Source: a virus
Virus record (IMG/VR): IMGVR_UViG_3300046001_006061
Location: 2,928 to 66,927 of that record
Length of the DNA: 64,000 bases
Strand: one strand, 5' to 3'
Part shown: positions 58,101 to 64,000 of the stretch, piece by piece
How positions within the stretch are numbered: position 1 is the first letter of the stretch
Layout of the letters: each line of letters opens with the position of its first letter
The notes under the pieces: model-generated
What the model was told of the DNA's origin: nothing
Database searches by the model: none
The model's input: only the letters and a program-made list of their open reading frames with translations
Translations under genes and position numbers: made by a program

Positions 58101-60989
58101 TTTTATAATTAAGTCTTTGTTTTTATTAGTTAGCAAAGCATCAAATATTGACTTTTGATAGTTTTCTAAAAACTGTTTTAAATCAGCTTTCTCGTTTTCT
58201 GTCAGTTTATTGTCATTTTCAATAATATTATTTACTTCTTTTTGAGCAGCATCAAACAATTCCTTCCCTTCTTTTTTGTTCTCAATAGCAAATAGTAGTA
58301 AATCAGTAGGGCTTGTTTTTCCTAATGTCTTACTTTTGTATTTATCCTTTGCCATTGCTGAAACTTTAGCAATTAACTTATTAATCAATTCACCTTCTTT
58401 TTTAGTCGTTTCACCGTTCAAAAAGGTTTTAGCATCATTGACTACTCGCTTTGCAACTGTTTGTGGTGCATTGCCTTGTGCTTTGGCTAATCTTTCACTT
58501 GCTTTTGCTAGTTTAGCAACATCACTTGTTTTGCGTTGCTTATCTAAAATGTTATTTACTTGCTCGGTTGAGGTAAATTCAGTTTCTTTTACTCCTTTAC
58601 TTACTGCTTTTTCTTTTGATTTCTCGTATGCTTCTGCGTAATATTCAGAGTGTAAACCACCTAAATCTTTTTTAAGTTTTTTCTGAATATCCTCAAAATC
58701 ACTAAGTCCTTCTTGCATATAGTCAGTAGTCAAGTCAGTTAGCGTTTCCATTAGTTTAGGAGGTGCAACAGGAATTATATTTTGTCTATTAGCATTATAC
58801 TTAGTTTCTTTAAGTCTTTTAATAGTTTCTTTTCTATCAATACTTACTCCTAAATCTCTTTTTTTACTTGTAGGTCTTGGAGGTGTTGGATTAGTAATTT
58901 GTTTTTTAAGTTTTTCGTAAGCAGCTTCTAATTCTTTTACTTTTTCCTTTTCGTTGTTTAAAAGGTCTTGTAAGGCTTCGTTTGCTGAATCTGTATTGTC
59001 GTCTTCAAATATTGCTGCTTCTATTTTATCGGCTGCTTGTTCGGCTTTAATTTGGTTTGCACCGTTTCTGTCAGCTATAATCTTTTTAGCTTTCCTAGTT
59101 ACCGCTAATGCGCTTTTGTTATAAAGTTTATTTAAGTATTGAATTGCTCTACCAAAATCCCTTGAAAGATTGTCTAGTTTATCAAACAAATCTATTTGAA
59201 TGTCAGCAAATTTATTTTTGGCTTCTTGGGTTGCAGCGTTTTGTTCTAATTTCTTATTTTCAAGTATTGCTTGACCTAGAATAAAGGTTTTCATGTAAGG
59301 CAATAAATCAGATTTAGCGTTTTGCGCTTCTAATAGTGCCTTGTCTAATCCACCTAATTCTTCAATAATAGTCTTACCAATTAGTTCAAGTTTCTCGTTT
59401 GATAACACTTCGTAGTTCCTACCTAAACGCTCATTCATTGCGTCTTTTTCTTCTTGAGTAAGTCCTTTTGCTCTATTCATGGAATCTATAAAGCCTTTTA
59501 CGCCTTGTATAGTTTCTTCGTCATTTTCAGCAATGGTAATATCGTCAACTAACATTTTTTGGTCAGCGTCTAATATTTCAACTTTTGCAGTTGCTTTCTC
59601 CTTATCAGTCATAACCGCTTCTTTGGCTTTATCAAAAATTTCGGTTTCGTCAAAGCCTTCTAAATCGCCTTCTTCTTTTAAAAATTGAATAGCTTGTTTT
59701 ATCGCTTCGTTTATTTCTATTCCTGTTTTTGCTATTTGTATTGCAGTATCAGCTATTACATCAATTAGTTCATTCATTGTAAATCCTTTGGTTTGTGTTC
59801 CTTCGGGTAAGTTTACTTTGAACTTTTCTTTTAGTTTGTTACGAATGTCGTTAATGCTTTTTTCGGCACTAGCTATTTTTTCATCTGTTGTTTTGCCTTT
59901 TTCGCTTCCTTTTACTTTATTATAGAAATCGGCAAACGCTTCTTTCTGTGATTTATTTCCACTTGGGTTGTAAGTTTTTGAAAATTCGTCTGCTGTTTCT
60001 TGCTGAACATCTTTTATTTTACTTACTTTTTCAAACGCTTCGTCAACTGTTTTTGAATTGTTGATTACCTCTACAAAAGGCGCAAGTAATTTTTCTGAAT
60101 CTACTTCATTTGTCTTGTTTTTATCATCAAAAACTGGACTTTCGTCTGTCTTAGTTTCTTTTTTAGTAACGGTTTCGGCTGTTTCGCCTTTTATGTTTTC
60201 TGTGGTAGGTGAATCGGAATCTAAAAAATTTTTGTTTAAAAAATTTCCGCCTTGTTCTTTTGCGAAATTAAACGCATCTTCCATTGAATTGAATACTGGC
60301 AATCCAAAACCATCTGCTGTATATCCCCAATCTTCATCTATAATACCGTTATATTTTTTAAGCAGTTCTTTGTTTTTTTTGGTAGTCTTTACTAATAAGT
60401 CTAATATTTGGGTACTATAAGAAGGTTTGAATACGTTTCGTGGCATAACATTTTGTTCTATAACCGTTATATTATTAGGTAAAACATAAATAGACCTATC
60501 TCTTTCCATGTCAACTTCTATGTTCTCTATACTAACTGCGTTTGATTCCCATTCTCTAAAAGTAGTTGTGGGGCTAATTTTTTCTAATTCTATTTTTCGT
60601 GTAGAATCTAATTCTTTTTCTTTCGGCAATACCTTATCGGGTATAGTTTTTTCTGTTTCGGCTGTTTCGGTTGGTTTTATACCCGATTGGGGCTTTTCTT
60701 CTTTCGGTTTTGCTTCAACCTTATCTTCACTCTCTTTATTAACGGGTTCTGTAACTTGTGTTCCGCTATTGCTTGGAGGAAGTTGCTTTTCTGTGTTGGT
60801 GTCATTGGTTATCTCTTCAACTTTTTCTGTAAATTCTTGATTTGTTCCATCTTGTTTTGCAACATTATAAGCCATTGCTATTGTTTTGGTATTTATTGGC
60901 TCAATTAAATTTGCTTCCAATAATTCATTTATAGCGTTTTTATTTATTTCGCTAAATTCTTTTCCGTTTATTATGTATATACAAGCCAT
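55137..60989 (-). CDS. very large helical virion (DNA-ejection/internal core-like) protein
   Basis: 1950 aa, K/E/A-rich coiled coils, C-terminal LPD-like segment. Confidence 0.6.
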   Translation of the reverse strand: MACIYIINGKEFSEINKNAINELLEANLIEPINTKTIAMAYNVAKQDGTNQEFTEKVEEITNDTNTEKQLPPSNSGTQVTEPVNKESEDKVEAKPKEEKPQSGIKPTETAETEKTIPDKVLPKEKELDSTRKIELEKISPTTTFREWESNAVSIENIEVDMERDRSIYVLPNNITVIEQNVMPRNVFKPSYSTQILDLLVKTTKKNKELLKKYNGIIDEDWGYTADGFGLPVFNSMEDAFNFAKEQGGNFLNKNFLDSDSPTTENIKGETAETVTKKETKTDESPVFDDKNKTNEVDSEKLLAPFVEVINNSKTVDEAFEKVSKIKDVQQETADEFSKTYNPSGNKSQKEAFADFYNKVKGSEKGKTTDEKIASAEKSINDIRNKLKEKFKVNLPEGTQTKGFTMNELIDVIADTAIQIAKTGIEINEAIKQAIQFLKEEGDLEGFDETEIFDKAKEAVMTDKEKATAKVEILDADQKMLVDDITIAENDEETIQGVKGFIDSMNRAKGLTQEEKDAMNERLGRNYEVLSNEKLELIGKTIIEELGGLDKALLEAQNAKSDLLPYMKTFILGQAILENKKLEQNAATQEAKNKFADIQIDLFDKLDNLSRDFGRAIQYLNKLYNKSALAVTRKAKKIIADRNGANQIKAEQAADKIEAAIFEDDNTDSANEALQDLLNNEKEKVKELEAAYEKLKKQITNPTPPRPTSKKRDLGVSIDRKETIKRLKETKYNANRQNIIPVAPPKLMETLTDLTTDYMQEGLSDFEDIQKKLKKDLGGLHSEYYAEAYEKSKEKAVSKGVKETEFTSTEQVNNILDKQRKTSDVAKLAKASERLAKAQGNAPQTVAKRVVNDAKTFLNGETTKKEGELINKLIAKVSAMAKDKYKSKTLGKTSPTDLLLFAIENKKEGKELFDAAQKEVNNIIENDNKLTENEKADLKQFLENYQKSIFDALLTNKNKDLIIKEALVKLGYATQDSKGNIVADLGKIALSKNTPKEAIEKVKEAISNELGLDPSEIDDLLAALETRFNELVQAKKEAKINAVVKANDRYKAATQFSNKARKDKIRSLIELYNAGGLTNDKILEKMARDLGIIAFTDNDQKIIEDLLQRIDNAGIGFVSAGLEEELQAYFEHIGGTFAMKEMFERWRARLLSGFITTGKNLTGFFDTGFMIGHQLIDSNMNMDLLKGNVELNILKVIKQANRIGGTLALESLVNGSVDNGSAFAEQTGQKEGTPSVRFLEFQKYHNYWTPDLHVTIKGVTFNLNPINALKKNEKYVQRVLGATDSVNHTILQEMKSYTFTKRVVMRNNPNMSSKEAAKVAYEIMYNLDITEATAEASKIFQEKGLDIENNKRAFNKLVYKLAQDSTMQAAREQAIQEFTKSNIEYTSKSGKLKLNRRINEITQQQRDIAVLNIATEFASRYTYKQSDAGVFPLVANLIKYVKDVFPLMAARIRKNAKGTPYSKQANKIANGIEVSGELLFTSTMPFINGVANILEKGLEFNPIYGGIKSATYLGLALNANNKKDTAKARELSAKSGEVIYRVAVGMVLMALLQSLADDDGADDEKAIYGQGDKNFNRNKVIETVRPQNTIRIGGRDISFDFFGTLATEMKIRSIAKDLKRYADKEITNTQYMGMVLSQIISSSFTKGLSDIATAASSTAQTGKLATYFEKKAAELTTRIILPFTSFVRQAGQVAEPEAKKAIGLKENIIKQAGVGGWLLNKPNLDYRGRTYDTGELYTSSASGAMNLFGSKVNKDPIDVWVLKAANNNLGISDIKKDSDKFYLVDNGDGTSRPMTDEETYDVSAEAARIFNGLLVDYYNHEKNSPITKISQEQVAKDLSERHNETKKAAFRKIFKGSKNEDKYLEDKFDWLKKDEGKETEIKRAADDIANNVSEETKALRDKLPKDKYDKQIFLAKMLRSIVNKTTTLKQWKEAGIIKDDTEKDEIIKLSK

Positions 60990-60998
60990 ATTTTAATT

Positions 60999-62177
60999 TT
61001 AATATAATTTTCTAGTGTGTCCTCCGCCTAATTGCCATACAGCACCACCAGTTGGAATTTTTCTGACACTAAGAAATGATGGTTCGATTTCTTTTTTATA
61101 TTCGTCTGATTCTTTGTACGATTTAATTTTGTCAGCAATTTCTTTCACTTGCTTATATCTATTAATTAATTCTTCGTTATTTGCCTTGTTAGTTAAAGAT
61201 TCTTCTGTTTGTGCATTTTTGGGGTCTAAATAAGCATCAACATAAACCTTGTTAAATTCGGGTGTCATCCCCTCTGTGAAGTATCTTCCTTGTGAGTAAT
61301 CCGCTTCTTCTTGCGGGGTAGGTATTCTGTTTGAAAAAGTTGGAGGAACTGTCATATTGTAGTGATTTACAATGTCATTTCCTTTTGTATATGGGGTATT
61401 CATATACTTTGCTTGAGGGTGAATTATCCTTGTTTTGGCAAAAGATTTATCTGTATCGGTAAAAGTGTTTTCGTCATCCATTATTGAGAATGTACCATCT
61501 TTATTTGCAACTATCGGAACTTTTTTTGCTTTTGCCATATCTAAAATATGCTGTCCTGTCATTTCAGATGATTTTAGCCCCGCCCCATTTGGAGTATATT
61601 GGTTTTGTTCTAAGAATGTTTTTAGTTCGTTAAAAGTAGGGTCTGCTTTTAGTCTTCCCGTTGTTTCGTTGTATTTTCTGTAATCTAAAATTTGCTGTTC
61701 GGTAATAGGTGAAACATAGTCTTTGTTCGGAACTTCTTTTACCCATTCTTTTTCATTACCCATTTTAAATCCTTGCTTTACACTTTCTGACACAAATTTA
61801 TGCAAATCTTTCCCTTTTAGGTCATTTAATTTTATGTATCTCACAGCGTCTTCATAACCAACCCTATGCCCTAGTTTTTTCTTTGCTTTAACAATTTCTA
61901 ACAACTCTTTATCGCTCTTAAAAGCTGTTTCTTTTTTCCCTTCTTTTTTACCAAATAAAGGGTTATCTCCTTCGTCTGAATAAACACTGCCAAATTCTGC
62001 ATATTGACTTGCTATTGGAAGAGTTTCAACTAAAGAATCTATACAAGTATGGCAGTTTTGCTTTAGTTTCGCTGTAACCCAACTCCTTTTGTTGGCGGGA
62101 ATAATTACATAATCGCCTTTTTTATTTTTCAAAATAAGTTCATTTTGTTCCGCCTCAACGGTTATATTTTTAAACAT
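60999..62177 (-). CDS. putative virion protein
   Basis: VEAEQNELILKNKKGDYVIIP N-terminus. Confidence 0.55.
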   Translation of the reverse strand: MFKNITVEAEQNELILKNKKGDYVIIPANKRSWVTAKLKQNCHTCIDSLVETLPIASQYAEFGSVYSDEGDNPLFGKKEGKKETAFKSDKELLEIVKAKKKLGHRVGYEDAVRYIKLNDLKGKDLHKFVSESVKQGFKMGNEKEWVKEVPNKDYVSPITEQQILDYRKYNETTGRLKADPTFNELKTFLEQNQYTPNGAGLKSSEMTGQHILDMAKAKKVPIVANKDGTFSIMDDENTFTDTDKSFAKTRIIHPQAKYMNTPYTKGNDIVNHYNMTVPPTFSNRIPTPQEEADYSQGRYFTEGMTPEFNKVYVDAYLDPKNAQTEESLTNKANNEELINRYKQVKEIADKIKSYKESDEYKKEIEPSFLSVRKIPTGGAVWQLGGGHTRKLY

Positions 62178-63984
62178 TGTAATCTTCTCCTTTGTTTTCG
62201 TTTTTGACTAGATTGTTTAGCATCCACATTATCTTATTGTCGTTTTCTTGTTTCTGGTCTTTAAAAATAGTATCGTTCATATAATGAAGACCCGCATCAA
62301 TATCTATGATTTTTGTAAACTCTTTTCGCTCGTCTTCTGTCATTTTTCTTGTTGGAATATTATTCAATATATCAAATCTGTTTTTTAAAGATTTTTTAAA
62401 TGCAGTATACTTTTCTGCGTCTATATTTTCCGTATTTGGATTGTAAACCCCATTATCTGATAATACTTTTCTAAAAGAATTTAGTCTAGCTAAAACCTCT
62501 GTTGGTTGTTGCCAATAGCTTTCGTTTTTTATATTTTTAGCACCTAGTCCAGTAGGGTCGCTATCGGGATTAACGCCTTTTTTGTTTCCCATGTCATCAG
62601 CAAGTTTATAAGTACCCGCCATAATATTTTTTATTTTTTCTTTAGCATAAGGAGTTATGTTTTCATCATTAACTCCTAATGTTCTATGGGTCATTTCGTG
62701 TGCGGGTACATTTGCGTTTAACGGATATCCCCCTAAATTGGTTGGGTCGTTTTTTTGTGCTTCGTAGTCATACATTGAAGTAAATGCGCTTGACGGTAAA
62801 TAGACATCTCCTTTTGTTGCTTTCTTATCTTCTTCCGACATTGCGGTAAATGCGGTCAAGTGGTTGCCACTATCAGTATATGGAACAAACCTATCTTTCT
62901 CATATTCTCCTGTTTTTTTATTTAAAAGAGTGTTGTCGTATTTGGTAAGTTCTAGCTGTTCCAATCTTTTCTTTATGTTTTCATCTGCCGCTTTTCCATC
63001 TCCATCGTATTGCTTTAAAAGCATTTCTTTATACTTAGGGCTTTGAATAAAATCTGAAAGGAATTTCTCATGCTCTTTTATTTTTGATGCTTCTGCTTCT
63101 GAATATGTAGTAGCAATACGTTTTTCTATTGGGTCGCCATCGCTAAATAACAATCCATTCTTAGCATAAAACTTAGATTCACCGCTTCTTACTTCTACTC
63201 CATTTTTGCCAATACTTAAATCTACCCCACCTTTTTCGTGTGGTTTATATCCTTTTAAATCTTTTACTATTTCCCATTTACTTCCTCTGTTAAAACTATT
63301 TCCTCTTCCTCCGTATCTTAGGCATGGTACTTTTGTTACACTGTCAATATATTTTATTTTACCTTCTTTTATTAAGCTCGTAATTTCTTCTTTATGCAGG
63401 GCGTTTGCAATTTCCTCAATCTTATCTTTTGGCAATGATTTTATTGCATTTTCAATTACATCTACACTACCAAGTGCTGCCACTTCACTACCATTATCGC
63501 TGCTTGGTGTATTTATTTTTATTACTTCGCCTTCTATCTCTTTAAATGTCATATCCTTTGTATTTGGATATATATTACTAGCATTTTCTTTGGCTTTATT
63601 TATAAGTAATTCATTTATGTTACTAGGTAAATTTCCGTTATCTTCTATTGTTGCAAAAGTATATCCATCTCTCCCTGCTGTATTGCCTCTAATACCATTT
63701 ATTTTTAGCCCTACAACAATATATTCTTTCCCATCACGTTCCATTTTTGATATAAATGATTTATCCTTCATAGTGTTGACCACAATATCATAGTCTGACC
63801 TAACGTCAAAAGAATTTGGAGTTGTTGCCTTATATCCTCCGTTCAAACCGCTTAATTGAATATTTTGCTCTACGTTACTAGGTGTTGGTATTTTGTTATT
63901 AGTATCGCTGCTTGGTGTAGGAGTGGTTTTAGTTTCTTTAGGTGTTTCAATCTTCTGTTCTTGGTTAGTCGGGATTTCCGACAT
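62170..63984 (-). CDS. putative virion protein with zincin (HExxH) metallopeptidase domain; may extend beyond window
   Basis: PAHEMTH, YW..PTEVLARL..FR, G.KPHEKGGVDL. Confidence 0.65.
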   Translation of the reverse strand: MSEIPTNQEQKIETPKETKTTPTPSSDTNNKIPTPSNVEQNIQLSGLNGGYKATTPNSFDVRSDYDIVVNTMKDKSFISKMERDGKEYIVVGLKINGIRGNTAGRDGYTFATIEDNGNLPSNINELLINKAKENASNIYPNTKDMTFKEIEGEVIKINTPSSDNGSEVAALGSVDVIENAIKSLPKDKIEEIANALHKEEITSLIKEGKIKYIDSVTKVPCLRYGGRGNSFNRGSKWEIVKDLKGYKPHEKGGVDLSIGKNGVEVRSGESKFYAKNGLLFSDGDPIEKRIATTYSEAEASKIKEHEKFLSDFIQSPKYKEMLLKQYDGDGKAADENIKKRLEQLELTKYDNTLLNKKTGEYEKDRFVPYTDSGNHLTAFTAMSEEDKKATKGDVYLPSSAFTSMYDYEAQKNDPTNLGGYPLNANVPAHEMTHRTLGVNDENITPYAKEKIKNIMAGTYKLADDMGNKKGVNPDSDPTGLGAKNIKNESYWQQPTEVLARLNSFRKVLSDNGVYNPNTENIDAEKYTAFKKSLKNRFDILNNIPTRKMTEDERKEFTKIIDIDAGLHYMNDTIFKDQKQENDNKIMWMLNNLVKNENKGEDYNV

Positions 63985-64000
63985 ACTTGTTTCTGCTTCA

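Noticed and set aside
55171-63793. Many + strand ORFs overlapping the large minus-strand genes (also 970-1238, 10240-10797, 37252-40484)
   Set aside because: Antisense shadow ORFs with S/L/F-rich composition typical of the reverse strand of K/E-rich genes.
863-63984. Stop-codon reassignment as seen in some crAss-like phages
   Set aside because: Portal, terminase and the 1313- and 1950-aa genes are uninterrupted in the standard code, and TAG and TGA both end genes.
1-64000. tRNA or rRNA genes
   Set aside because: No cloverleaf with T-loop and acceptor stem recognised in intergenic regions; tRNAscan-SE would be needed to exclude them fully.

Overview
AT-rich segment of a tailed Bacteroidota (Flavobacteriia/Cytophagia-type) phage with crAss-like, podovirus-style structural genes, read in the standard genetic code. 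Minus strand 0.9-12.7 kb: portal, terminase large subunit, tail fibre and structural genes. A non-coding strand switch lies at 12.7-13.6 kb. Plus strand 13.6-31.6 kb: small early genes, then recombination and replication genes. Minus strand 31.7-64 kb: lysis, tail, accessory genes and very large virion proteins. The standout feature is a 7.2-kb integron-like gene-cassette array (19061-26249). It has 12 attC-like TAAC...GTTA hairpin sites, each followed by a 1-2 gene cassette, and no integrase in the window. Each cassette's own ends are 15-25 nt inverted repeats with a conserved G.T mispair at position 11. All ORFs point opposite to the inferred attC orientation, downstream of a Bacteroidota TAnnTTTG promoter. 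Two cassettes share near-identical flanks but carry different genes. A 13th, isolated cassette of the same type, in canonical orientation, sits at 53932-55082. Also notable: two homologous covarying RNA leader/terminator elements, six promoters placed exactly 4 nt before an ATG, and apparent GATC/GGCC/CCGG avoidance. All functional calls come from motif recognition by eye; no searches were run.
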